Source of the DNA: Takakia lepidozioides
Lineage: Eukaryota; Plantae; Bryophyta
Assembly: GCA_030704615.1 (NCBI GenBank)
Contig: CM060731.1
Coordinates: forward strand, 26,164,001-26,228,000
Length of the DNA stretch: 64,000 nt
Direction: 5' to 3'
This document shows positions 1 through 12,589 of the stretch, in pieces. Below the pieces are notes generated by a model, which had not been told where the DNA came from, made no database searches, and worked only from the letters and a program-made list of their open reading frames with translations. The position numbers and the translations under genes are program-made. Position 1 is the stretch's first letter, and each line of letters opens with the position of its first letter.

Positions 1-3000
1 TCTTGCTTCCGATCAATTGTCCTAATCTGCAAAAGCCACAACCACAGCACCCAAAAGTATCTGTTTGTGAAAATTACAATCTGGACTCGTACCAGTTTAG
101 GACTTTTTCCAAAAGGAACCAGCTTAACACAAATGCAATAAAGCAGTAATGAATCTTCACAGGCTGAGATGGGCATAGACCTAGTCAGTGAGAAGAGTAG
201 GCACCACCCATGCCCTTGGGGGGTGGGGGAATGAGGCTACCAATTGTGACCTGTTGGACTGTGCTTACAGCATATAAAGTAAAACCTCTTTTTTAGGGTG
301 AGGTAAACAAGGTCACCAACTTCATAAAAAACGTGAATATAGGTACCATAGCTCTGGATAAGGCATATCGGTTCATAATAACATCATCAAGCCGAACTTT
401 AGTAGAGTATGACGGAGAGGAGAACAGCGAAGAGTCTCAGTCTCAGCTGTGTGTGATACCATAGTTTCATGTAGCACCGTTTGTGCTTTAACTGTGTCAG
501 CTGGTTGCGATTCAAGTGTGGGCAGGGAGTTTTTGGCAAATCAGTAGGTGAGCTTGAGGGTAACATGAATGGATGACAACCATACCTGATCCAAAGTCGT
601 TATCGAGGGAGAGAGACCTCCATGGACACTAAAAATCCGGTTGTCAATGAGAGCTGATAGACTGTCAAAAGTACAAGGAAAGGGACATCAGTATCTGGGA
701 TCTGATGGACATACATCTTCTGCTTTTACAGGGTCATAATTGTAGGTAGGAACTGCTGGCCAACAGCAACCTCACTACATATGGAATCTGCTCTTGGCAA
801 CTTTGTGCTGAAAAACCATGCTTACAGTAGCGTAAGGTAACCAAGGAAAACTCTAGCTTAACACCCACAGAACCTTTTTCTCAAATCGAATTAATAGAGA
901 ACCTGTTAAACTCCTTAGCCTACACAGGTCGTGTGTCGAGGTCAAGTTCTAAACCCCTCAACTGCAACCAAAATGTCAGCCATGGGTAATGATATTGCCA
1001 ACCTTAAATAATCGAATATATCAGTACAATACCGCCAAACATTGACTGAACCGTACTTCCGTAGACACTCATCGTAGAATCCATACACCTGCCAAGAATC
1101 TCGCATCAGCTCTGCCCCCCAAGATACAGGCAATCGAACCATTGTGCCTTTTGGGATACTTGGAAGGACAGTACTGGTTCAGCCTTAATCAGACAGCTCT
1201 CTATAGGTAAATACACTGTCCTGGAGAACAAGATAAATTAACCTTTTCTATGTTGAGGAGTATTGTGTACAGTCTAGAGACAGACATACAGCACCAACAG
1301 AGAGCCAAAGAAGGTCATACCTGAGTAATCTGTCGACTCTCATGATTGCCTCGAATGAGGGTTATTCGGTCTGGATAACGCACCTGCACATGTGCCCAAT
1401 CATAGTGCTCAGAAGGTACTGTTGCAACAGAGCCAGACATCATTCCTTTGCAAACTAAGTGCATTCTAACCTACAGAAGAAAATTTAATTACACTTGCTC
1501 TCCCACCAATGCCAGTTTCTATACCTACAGTAGTCCAAGAATCTTACAGTTATCTGAGAGGGTCCTTCACCATAGTTCACGTTCCAATAAGTGCCTAGCC
1601 AGGATGAGGACCTTGACTTCACTGCAGGCCTGACAAGCAGATAGCTTGAAACTGACATACTGAATTCGATTTACTCCACAATACTTGCTTTTGTTCAACT
1701 GCCGGCTACACAACCCATAGCTTGGAAGCAGTTTGTTCGACACGTAATATAAAAGACAATCAAGGGCAAGAAGAGGGATAAGGTCAAGCAGAAGTACCTT
1801 CAGTGCAAGCAATAATAAGAACGTCTCCACTGAGTAAAACCCTCTATCAACAAAGTCACCTAGGAACAAGTAGTTTGTTTGCGGACAATCTCCTCCCACT
1901 TTGAAAAGCTCTTTTAAATCGTAAAACTGTCCATGAATGTCGCCGCAAATCTGACACATGATATGTTCAATGAGTAAGTCTCCGTACATCTATGCTCGTG
2001 CATAGCTTTCCGAACAGCTTTAGCAGATAATCATGAATGATGTTAAAATTGCACCACTGTGGTTTAAGCTACAAGCTCATACCAAAAACATGGCACTTCA
2101 AACAACCAAACTGTTAAGAGTTGATACAAGCTGAAAGAACCTTAAATTCAGAGAAAAGTTTATGCTATGGAAAATAGAACACATGACTCCTATTTTCCCT
2201 CCGAAAAAACAGGGATATTGCTTTGGACTTATCCATTGAAGGTTACACAGTAAGAGAGACAATGTGCACCTACTGTAAATCTACTGACGTCCTGACTAAG
2301 AGGTGGGACAGGCTTTTCGAAATGACTACACAGCATGCTTTCAGTATAAAATCCATAGTCAGGCGTCTTCAGGGGTTCAACATTAGATAGGCATCGTCTC
2401 TACCCTTCACACCTTTAAAAAGAGTGGAGGACGGAAAAACCAGACTGCAACTTGCAGACATTCAAATGCAACCCTAATATGGCTTGTAAACTCTAACCAG
2501 GCAGCTCTCCAACACTACATTAAGTGGTAGACCAGCCCAAGCCTAGCCCTTCCTCTAGATAGTCATAGATTGCTGGCTACTAGATAAAGAGAAAATGGCT
2601 CGGCTACAGCTTCACCAGTCGAGAGCCTTTTACACTTAGTATCCCTACCAGGGCATCCCTGTTCGTTTAAGACTGGCAGATCACACAATCCCAGGGAGAA
2701 TATTAAAACGATGTCCTCTCTCCCATAGTTGAACTGTAGTAACATCCGACCTAGAGAATGGGAACAGCTCATTCCTTGGATCGAAGATAATCCATTAGAC
2801 ATGATTACTCATCGACTCCCAATGCTTACTCCTCATTTCCGGCAAAGATTTGGTCGGCAGAGAACTTACAGTCACAGGGGCATCAACTCTCTGCACATTA
2901 CTCTCCTCCACGAGGATCTCCATAGCCTTGAGACAAAGCGCCTTAACCTCCGACTCTTTAAGAGGCTCACATCGCTTAAGCTGTTCTATCTGTCTGTCCA

Positions 3001-3010
3001 GATCCGACAT
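1..3010 (-). CDS. PPX: Serine/threonine protein phosphatase PP4 (PPX) catalytic subunit, 5' part; exons 3010-2870, 1950-1798, 1383-1321, 1088-1003, 661-586, 26-<1
   Basis: Spliced translation [59 protein letters not shown]...[12 protein letters not shown]...[87 protein letters not shown]. It has the PPP motifs GDxHG, GDxVDRG and RGNHE. All introns are GT-AG and the phases are consistent. Confidence 0.96.
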
Positions 3011-3552
3011 GGTGCCCACGCCCTTCCCAGATGCTCTTACACGTTTGAATCCTCCGGCCGTGCCCCCTGGCAGGAAAATCTGAATCAGACAAGCCTAAAA
3101 ATGCGACCAACACACAGCACTTCCTCCAATCCTAAGTGCAAGACGTGCTCTCAACTGTGACTCCACTTGTTCAAATGGCTCCAACAATCATCACAAAACA
3201 ACATGAGACTGGACACATGGCCTGAGGGCCTGATTTGGATTGCGGTGTGGTGGTGTGACACACGCAGAGGACCGAGCGCCCGTTCAACCACACCACTCCT
3301 CACCTACACACCTACACCTCCCATTAGGGCACCACTGCCGCCTGCTGGCCCACGTCTACTACCAGAACTCTCATACGTTTACTACCCAACCTTTTCCACG
3401 TTTGGTAACGAAATTATTTTTGTTGTGTTTCGCATTATTGGGCAATGATCCAATAGAGGCGGTGGCCCAATGGTCCCCCAAGTTCAAGTCAGCAGACTCA
3501 CCCATTCAAATCATCCATCTATGTACGATTGGTCATCCAGTGGTGTCTAAAC

Positions 3553-3760
3553 CAGTGTTGGGCGGGAATTACTTTTTCTAATACCAGCCAGGTCCGGGTA
3601 TTGAAAAGAAATTAATTTGCAATACCAGCCGGTTCCATAGTATTGAAAGATTTAATTTTAATATCCACCAATTCTCAATAGTAGTATGATTTTTTGATTT
3701 GTGGACGGGTATCAATAGGATCGGTATTCCAATCGGTAAACCTTGGGACATCGTGATATG
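3553..3760. mobile_element. Remnant end of an hAT-family non-autonomous element
   Basis: Starts CAGTGTTGGGCGG, the same terminus as at 16960/17302 and 41944, followed by accagccgg/cggtat subterminal motifs. No partner TIR was found. Confidence 0.45.
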
Positions 3761-3779
3761 ACTTGTTTGCAGCACTTTG

Positions 3780-4270
3780 ATGTTGGAAATAACTCTGGCC
3801 GTGTTAATCCTCCGCCTCCAGAAGATCTCCGTCTATATGAGGGTAATTTTATTTGGTTTCTATGTGCTCCCATCAGGCATCTTCAGTTTGACCCCGGTGA
3901 ATGGACATGGATGAGAAAGAAACATGATCCTTTCTTTGCCTACACTGTCAAACTCGGTTAGAGCCTTCCTGATGCCTAAACAGGCTATAGACGGTCTGCT
4001 AAAGGGGGTCATCTTACTAGCAATCCAATCCCATGGAAATTAGTTTGGAGAGATGTATGGAAAAAAAGCAGATCAACCAAAATCTCTTCCTTTCTTTGGA
4101 GATTGGTTAATCGTATCCTCCCAGTCTCCTCTGTTTTTGAGAGTAACATCCCCTGATCTACTTGCATCACTTGCGCTTGCAAGATCCAGAAACAATATCG
4201 AACATTGTTTTGTTATGTCTATTCGTGTCCATGGTCCGGCCACTAGTAAGCTATTCTCTTTGGAACTGGC
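3780..4270 (+). mobile_element. Degenerate L1-type LINE fragment (zf-RVT region)
   Basis: FDPGEWTW...FFAYTVKLG, then WKLVWRDVWKKSRSTKISSFLWRLVNR and a PETI/EHCF remnant, matching the plant L1 zf-RVT pattern. Interrupted by stops and frameshifts. Confidence 0.6.
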
Positions 4271-5679
4271 ATCATCAGCTTTTTGTTTCCATTGTCTTGC
4301 TTAATGTGAAGGATGGGACAATTTACAATTCTTGCCTTGTATGGGATGCGCACTTCATGCTCTCGTTCCCTGGCGCACAGTCAGATGCTCTTTGTTTTTT
4401 GAGAAGGTGGCTCCATGCAGCACGGAGGTGATTTACAAGGTATACTCATACTTGATGTCTGAAGCAAAGAAATCATGGTGTGTGACTCATGCAGCTCTTG
4501 AAAGATGTGGAGACAGGAGGAGGATTCAACTCCTAACATCTTTTGACAGTTCATGGGGAAAAAACAGCATCTTCTGCACGCGCCTTACAGATTCAAGAGT
4601 GGAATGGCACGACTCCATCCCTACATGCTGGAAGCTCCCTTAGTGCCAGATGCTCCCCCACAGAAGGTGAAGAGCTAGAAGTGAATTGGCGCCATCGACG
4701 TAGCTTTAGGAAGGGAAAATCTAAAGTGCAGCTCTCATTTGATCAGCCAAAATGCAAGCGAAGTAGCTTCTAGGCTTCTGTAGTTAACGTTTAAGCCGGT
4801 TTTCGTTCTCTTACAACTGGACTTGGTTATGGAGCAGCCTTGTCTCATCTATCAGCCTCCATGGCGCATGCAAGGTTATTTTTTCCCTTGATTGATAAAT
4901 TTGTTAAAGGGCCGAGTTTGTCTCTTTTTATTTTTTATTTAATTTTTTTAATAAAAAAAAAGCAGAATCTGCTTGCCTGATAATTGCCCTTAACTACCTT
5001 TGCAAGATGATTCCAGTTTTATACATATGGAGAAAAATCCCTAAGTTTCTTCTTGGATCTTTGGCATGTGTGTTGAGCAGTAGGCTCTGTAAATTCACTG
5101 GACGTTGAAGAAACTTTATCTTTATGTCCACCAACCATTCTTAATTGAATCTTACTTACACTTTCCTACCTATTTTTTTGCACCCCCATTTCTCGCCCAA
5201 AGCCCATTTTGCTCATTCCATTGCATCATTTTCTAATTCTTGAATCATCCTCTAATCCTCAGAGCCTTTATTGACATTTCTATTCATTTGAAGATCGTTT
5301 AGGTTCCAAATTTACTTTTTTTTTTGGGGGGGGGGGCTGCTTATGGAGCCCACCAAAGTGAAGTGGAGACCAAAGAAACCCTATAAAATGTAGCCCTTAC
5401 CCCTCTCTCAAGGCTCAGGTGGAGTCTTGTAGAAGGGGCCCACCGCCTCGATATCCTGCTTATGGAAACTTTAGAACTAGAAGGAGGGCCACCCTCCTAC
5501 TTCTCTACTAGCCTCTACATGTGGCCTCACATTTCTTCTATTCCAATAGGGGCCGTGCCCTCCAGCGCCATTGGCCGCTCCAATCCTCTACATTTTTTTC
5601 GACCTTCTGGAATAGCCCCGGCCAGAATTTGGGACCTTTATTTATCTATACATTTGACAATAACATTAGGTTGTGGTGA

Positions 5680-5768
5680 AGAGGGCCCACCCCCGAAAGG
5701 CGGCCATAGCCGTGAGGTGAAGTGGCTCTTAGTTACGCCGGGTTTGGCCTCAGTCTTTTCTCTCTCTC
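5680..5768 (+). mobile_element. Short retroposon (SINE-like) with (TC)n tail, copy 1
   Basis: Flanked by a 13-bp direct repeat TAGGTTGTGGTGA (5667-5679, 5769-5781). A homologous copy lies at 40611-40700. Confidence 0.7.
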
Positions 5769-6451
5769 TAGGTTGTGGTGAGGATTAAGCAAATGTCGGG
5801 ATGTCCGATGGCCCCTTTGGATGTAAGTAGACTGTAGTATCAAATTCACAACCAATTTGCATGGTCAAACCAAAATTTGCTTGTTTTGCAAGGCCCACCC
5901 AAAAGAACAAAAACTTTAAAAAAAAGACCCCACTGAAATAGTATAATCTGGCCAATTCAACAGCGAATTGCAGTTAAATTTTGTGAGTGCATGCAGGTGC
6001 CAGGTATTTGCCTACATATATGGCTGAAGATTGACAAAAATGATATTTCGAAGTGATTCGTTTTTTAATGGGGGGCAATTTCGGCAGCTTAGAAAAAGTG
6101 AAGGCACCCTCTTCTTGTTGTACACTTTGCTAGTCTTCCACTTTGTGATTGCATATAATTATTAATTGGAGTTGCACATGAAAAGAATACGAAATTATCT
6201 TTTAAGATATTCTCACATATTATTGCTGAATAAAAGTAAAGATGAAAATATTTTGATTTGTTTTTTTTTTGAAAAAACATGGAGGGAAAATATATTTGAA
6301 TTTTTACTTTTAAATAAAAATTTAAAATTAACATATCATAAAGTATATTATAAATTCGAATATAAAAAGTGATAATATCCAATCGATTAGAAAACATAAA
6401 AAATATAATCTTGAATTTGTTGTACATTTTTTAAACAGAACGGGAACGCCG

Positions 6452-6622
6452 AATTAATTCTCGCGACGACCGAAGGTCGGAAGCTAGTTTAGTGTAGAGC
6501 AGGAATAGGGTGCCTTAGTGCCACATCATCGTCGCCACGTTTCGTCATCGCCATGTCATCGTAGACACGTCATCGTAGCCATGTCATCGTCGTCCAAATC
6601 TTTATATCTACCCAGACTGCCC
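6452..6622. mobile_element. Helitron/Helentron-like terminal module (hairpin CGACC-GAA-GGTCG, CTAG, catcgtcgcc microsatellite)
   Basis: Hairpin followed by GAAGCTAGT (CTAG 6484-6487), a degenerate CATCGTCGCCA repeat, then TCTTTATATCTACCCAGACTGCCC. A homologous module lies at about 10676-10812. Confidence 0.45.
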
Positions 6623-6719
6623 AAAAGTAACTGTGTTGCAGCGCGAGGAAGGGATGCCCCCGCGTTCTTGAGCGCGGAGGGGGGAGGGGATTCCACAAAT
6701 TCAAGTAAGACAATGTCAA

Positions 6720-7710
6720 TACAGATGCTGCCCTTGCAATGTAGTTCTGTGGACAAAGGGAGGTTTCCTTGCTGTGTTGGTGGAGATGGGCGATGGCCAG
6801 GTTCTCCGGTGCACTAGTGTCCGTGGCACTCTGACTTGTTGCAGTCTTATTGAGAACCTGGCTCCAATTTTGGATTTTGCATTAGTTGACTACCATGGGG
6901 GGAAGCAGGCCCAGATGTTTGCATGCTGCGGTGCAGGGCAGGACGGGTCTTTGCGTATCGTTTTCAATGGAATCAGTGTTGAAAAGCTGCCTATATATAT
7001 CAGGTATGAACGTCTACAGGTTGGAACAAGGAACTTCACCTACCAGGATTAAGTGTTTGGCCTGTGATTGCTCAACCTATGAATGGATGGACATGGACAA
7101 TCTGATTGTGAACATCAGCACTATTGATTTGAGTTGAATTCCCTCTTTCAATTTTACAACATGTTTCCATGGGTAGAAAAATGCATATTTGTTTTGCAAT
7201 GTACATCTCTGTCATTTAAGCAAACACTTGTAAAAATTGTGGGCTCCTAGGGTGTGACAGACATATACACAATGCGCATGTGCCGCAAGGACCAATACCA
7301 CGCCTTGTTCGTGATGTCGTTTGTTCTAGAGACACGAGTCCTCTCTGTTGGTCTCAACTTTGTTGACATCACAGATGCTATTGGCTTTCAGCCATGGGCC
7401 TCAACACTAGCTTGTGGGGGCATTGAGGATGGTTTTGTGGCCCAGGTTTGCAGCAAAGAAGTACGTGTATGCTCCCCCCACCATAGCAGCGCATCCTGCT
7501 TCCTCTCTGTTCTTCTTGTATACCTCCCCAGGGCTTATGCATAAGCCTGGGAGCAGTAGCACATCGTACTATCATTCTGGCTCTTCACAACCTTGGCTCA
7601 TTATCATGCTAGGGACACGTCGTGCTGTGACAGGTGGTGTGCTTGAAGTGTTCGAGATTCAGCAATGCTTGCTAGAGGCAGAGTTGTCATGCATCTCTAT
7701 TCAAGGATAA
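6720..7710 (+). pseudogene. Fragment of a DDB1/SF3B3/CPSF160-family beta-propeller gene (At3g11960-like)
   Basis: GGFLAVLVEMGDGQVL...ENLAPILDFALVDY...QMFACCGAGQDGSLRIVFNGISVEKL / GVTDIYTMRM...LFVMSFVLETRVLSVGLNFVDITDAIGFQ...TLACG. One intron is retained (about 7003-7250). It is frameshifted and lacks both termini. Confidence 0.75.
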
Positions 7711-8129
7711 TGTGGTGAGGGCACCTTCTTCTTCGACCTATTTCAGCCTGTTTTGCCCTCTCATCAGCCTCGGCCCTGAGATGCATATTGAATTTTGTAA
7801 GTTAGCTCGTTAGCTCAGAGGCATGGATAGCTGAAGGAGCAGGGATAGAGTGTGGGTCCAGATTCATCCAAGAGGGCCAGATTTCAAGCACGAGTACCTG
7901 TGATTCCATGTGGATCGATAGCTACAAGAAACCTGCATGGGTAGATGGTCAACTGGAAGCCGCAGCAGCAGCGGCGCAATTGATAAAATCAGGCATTGCT
8001 AATCAAGGCACCTTCTTCAGCACATTTCACCCTGTTTTTCCCTCACAACAGGAAAGCAGCCAAAAACAGGTAACAGAGATGAGAAGAAGCTGTGGAATGA
8101 ATACTTTTCTGAGCCCAGTCACTGGTCAC

Positions 8130-9850
8130 AGCCCTGGAAAAGGGCAAATGCATGGTTGCATCACCGAAGCTGGAATTGTACCAGATGTGATTACCAGTCA
8201 ATGGTGGGACAACCGAGGCAAAAAAGTGAATGCTTGTCAGACTATCAAATGTGATTCTGAACACTGCCCTGGTGGACATGTATGCCAAATGTGGGAGCAT
8301 CGAGGATGGCAAGGGAGCGTTCAACACTATGGCTGAATGAGATGTGGTGTCGTGGAGCGCTGTGCTTGCAGGGTATGCACAACAGGACGCGAGGTGGAGG
8401 CGGGATGGAGGCTTTGGAGACCTATGTGCAATCGATGGGGGAAGGGGTGAAGCCCGACTACATAACGTTCGTGTGCGTTTGCAGTGCCTGTGCAAGCCTG
8501 GCACCCTGGAAAAGGGCAGAGGTGCATGGTTGCATCACCAAATCTGCGAAGGGAGGGTTCGACACTATGGCCGAACGTATCATGTGGTGTCGTGGAACAC
8601 GATGCTTGCAGGGTATGCACAGCAGGGGCCCGGGAGGAGGCTTTGGATACCTATGAGCAAATGATGGGGGAAGGGGTGAAGCTCGAGCACATCAGGTTTG
8701 TGCGTTTGCAGTGTGTGTGCAAGCCTGGTAGCCCTGGAAAAGGGCAGAGGGTGTATGGTTGCATCGCCAAAGTTGGAATTCTGCCAAATGTGGTTCTGAA
8801 CAATACCCTCGTGGACATGTATGCCAAATGTGGGTGCATCGAGGATGTGGAGGGAGTGTTCGACCATATGGCCTAACGAGTGCAGTGGTAGGCTTGGAGT
8901 GCCATGATTGCAGGACATGCATAGCAGGGATGGAGGCTATAGAGACCTACAAGCAAATGATGTGGGAAGGGGTGAAGCCTGACCACATCACGTTTGTTGG
9001 TGTTTGCAACGTGTGTGCAAGCCTCGCAGCCCTGGAGAAGGGCAGAGAGGTTCATAGTGACATTGTCAAAGCTGGAATTGTACCAGATGTCATTCCGAAC
9101 AGTGCCCTGGTGGATATGTATGCCAAATGTGGGTGCATTGAAGACGCGAAGGGAGTGTTCGACAATATGGCTAAACGAAATGTGGTGTCTTGGAGTGCCA
9201 TGATTGCAGCAGCATGGGTGTGGGATGGAGGCTATGGAGACCTATGAGCAAATGATGCGGGAAAAAGGTGAAGCCAAATCACATCATGTTCTTGTGCATT
9301 TGCAACGCTGGTGGACATGTATGCGAAATGTGGTGCATTGAGGATGCGAAGGGAGCGGTCGACAATATGACTGAACGAGATGTAGTGTCCTGGAACGCGA
9401 TGATTGCTGGATATGCCCAGCATGGTTGTCATATGGAGGCCCTACAACTATTTGGCTATTGGAATAATGCAGAGGGAAGGCTTCAAGTTGGACAGTATCA
9501 CCTTTATATGTGTTCTCTCTGCATGCAGCCACACCGGCCTACCGGATGAAGAAAGACGCTACTGGGATTCCCTGACTCAAGATCATGGTGTCACTCTGAC
9601 AGTAATGCACTTTGGCTGCATGGTGGACCTTCTTGGACGTGCGGGACAACTGCATGAGCAGTGGACTTGATTAATAAAATGCCATCAACCCAGATGCTGT
9701 GGTGTGGAAGGCCTTGCTTGGTGCCTGCAGAATCCATGGCAATGTGGAGATGGCTGAACGTCCGGCAACATCTATTCTCACGTCGGATGAACAGGATGCC
9801 GCGACTTATGTGTTGCTATCAAATATCTATGCTGTAGCTGGCAGGTGGGA
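8130..9850 (+). pseudogene. PLS-class pentatricopeptide repeat gene with E domain, frameshifted
   Basis: Repeated VVSWxAMxAGYAQQG / EGVKPDHITFV..CSACASL / NTLVDMYAKCGCIED motifs and an E-domain VWKALLGACRIHGNVEMAE...AATYVLLSNIYAVAGRWD. Many frameshifts; no DYW domain seen. Confidence 0.9.
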
Positions 9851-10639
9851 TCCATCTGAGCAGCAGAATGTTCTCATTGCATTTTACCAGCGCCTAACAA
9901 CAAGCTGTATGTCCCATCACATTTCACATGAGCTTGTTCTTCCTTGTACAACAATTTGACACTTACAATAGTTTATATAGCTATCGGGACACTAAATTAA
10001 AATCCAAACTATTTGAAATCTACACCAATTGCAAATAAAGAGGAATAAGATACCATATAAACAGGGGTTAGAAAGGAGGCTGGTTGCCGCTGTATAGAGG
10101 TGTTTTTATCAAGACTCATTTTTTATCAAGATAATAAAATTAAATGTTGAGAAACTAAAGGATGGAAATAAAGCTCCAAAGGGCTTCCTCCCCTTTCTCT
10201 TTTTGAAAAAAAAAGGATGGCCAACAATCAGTACCAAAGTTGGTTAGTAAATTGAGTGCCACCTAGATGATTATGGGGCAAAACATGCTACTTGAGGGGT
10301 GTGGTATACTCTTCCATTGGGCGGTGTCCCATTTTTACCCCTTTATGGCGGGGTTACTATGAAAGAGGTTATTTTCTCCTATCACTATCAAGGGGCCTGA
10401 TTTGTGAGCTGTCGCTCCGTGTTTCCCTTTATATAAAAAAATAAAAAAATGATGAGCAACGGATAAACAACTGGATTTCGGTCATGATGAAACAAATGCT
10501 TAACGAAGGGGAAAATACAGAAGAGGGGGTTCACCTCTACCTCACTTCTAGGGCATAGATAGAGGTAGCTACATAAAACAATGAAATTTGGAAACCCACC
10601 TTATTTTGTGAAAATTGAACGTTGTTCTCATAATTCGTG

Positions 10640-11045
10640 GCTAGTAGTGCGGAGCAACGCGAAGCCCTAGTCTTAGCTATGAAGGTTGGAAGCTAGTTTA
10701 ATGTAGAGCGGATATAGGGTGCCATAATGTCACGTTTTCGTCGCCACATCATCGTCGCCACTTCGTAGCCACGTTTCGTCGTCAATGTTTTTCTATCCTG
10801 CCTAGACTGCCCACCCGAAAAACCCCAAAGCGCCAAAACATTTCGGAGCGTGCCCGGACTGCCTGGTTCTTGAAGTTCTTGAACTGCAGAAGCTCTGCGT
10901 TTTCCGCCATAGTTCACCTTGCAAGCCGTAAGCTCTCAACAACAGTTCGCTGCTCAATGCAAACCGTGGCTTTTCCCTCATTCGATCGGCTTCGGTTTTC
11001 CTGTAAACGCTCCGCAGATCACGTCATGTCGGAAGCTAGTTTAGC
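10640..11045. mobile_element. Cluster of Helitron/Helentron-like termini
   Basis: GCGGAGCAACGCGAAGCCCTAG-T (CTAG 10667-10670), GGAAGCTAGT at 10689-10697 and 11031-11040, and a microsatellite module homologous to 6452-6622. Mirrored at about 31850-32255. Confidence 0.45.
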
Positions 11046-12589
11046 GACAAAAATGAGTTATCGAGCTGTCTGATTTCTCTGTCGCTGGAGCAGGCAGTAT
11101 TAAGAGAGGTCTGCGGGGATCCGTCCAGGTCGATGCTCTATCCAGATTTAGGTGGCCAGATTGAGAACGCCTGAAAGAGTCTATCCAGCTTTAGGTGTTC
11201 AGATTGAGAATGCCTGAGAGAGTATGATATTTTCTTAGATAGATGCAGTTACTCGTAATCTAGGAGAATGGCTCCCAAGAGGAAGAGTGGTAAAGGTTCG
11301 AAGTTTGCGAATGATGCGCCCTCGCAAGCGGCACAGGGAGAAAAGGCCATCCCCAGAATTTCTCAGCCGGGAGTCGTTTTTGCAGTTCGGCAGGGCGCCA
11401 ATTTCAACCAAGCCATGAGCGTTATGAACGTCTCTTTTTCTCTTTTTGAATTCAGGGAAGATCTCATGCTGAAGAGTTTATGGCCACAAGGTCGGCAAAC
11501 AAAGTCTTATGAGTACATTCTCTCTCTCTTTCTCTCTCTCTATGTCGGATCCTCGTGTCAACCCTCCTTCAGTTCAGCATTATGAACTTCTTTCTTTCTC
11601 TTTTGAATGAGAAATCCTCATGTCAATCTTCCTTTCAGTTCAGCCCACATACTTGAGCTATCAACATTTCAAGACTCCCATTTTTATGTAGAGAAAGAAT
11701 GCTTAGGGATAGGGTTTCCGTCAATTTGGGTTCAGGAAATGACTCGGCATCACCTACAATGCATAAGTTCAGAAAGAATTGTCATTTTGGGTAGTTTTCT
11801 CACCTCCAGAAGGTGACGTGTTGCAGCATCCAGATCCAATATGGTATGGGCTTGCCAATAAGGCATTTGTGGAGCCAGCTGGGCCTGACTGCATCAATCC
11901 TGGACAACCAAGACCAATCAGGCTACTTGGCTTACAGGTCAGCCTCTACCACCTCTGGTCTGTAATTACAGGAGTCAACCTTAGCTCTTGGATGCCAGAT
12001 TTCAAGCACAAGATTACCGATGATTCCCTGTAGATCAATAGCTACAAGAATATAGGAACTAATGTGATAAGTAGGGTTGGGGTGTTTGCTGGAACAATTC
12101 TAGGCTGTCAGCTGCTAGCAGCAAGGCATGGATGTATGCATGATTTGTGCAGAGGCATGGATAGCTGAAGGAGCAGGGATAGAGTGTGGGTCCAGATTCA
12201 TCCAAGAGGGCCATATTTCAAGCACAAGATTACCTATGATTACCTACAAGAAACCTGCATGGGTAGATGGTCAACTGGAAGCCGCAGCAGCAGCGGCACA
12301 ATTGATAAAATCAGGCGTTGCTATTGAAGGCACCTTCTTCAACACATTTCACCCTGTTTTTCCCTCTTATCAGAATCGGCCCTAAATTTCCATGTTGAAT
12401 TCTGCAAGTTAGCTGGTTGAGTGAATCTTTGATAGTTTGGAGTGACTTTGACATGATACTCCCAACTGACAACAGGAAAGTATCCTAAAAGAGGTAACAG
12501 AGATGAGGAGAAGCTGTGGAATGAATACTTTTCTGACCCAGTCAATGGTGGGACAACCGAGGCAAAAAGGTGAAAGCCTGTCATTCTGA

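Noticed and set aside
6089-6427. AT-rich ORFs of 112 aa and 68 aa
   Set aside because: Low-complexity F/I/K/N composition typical of non-coding AT-rich TE interior.
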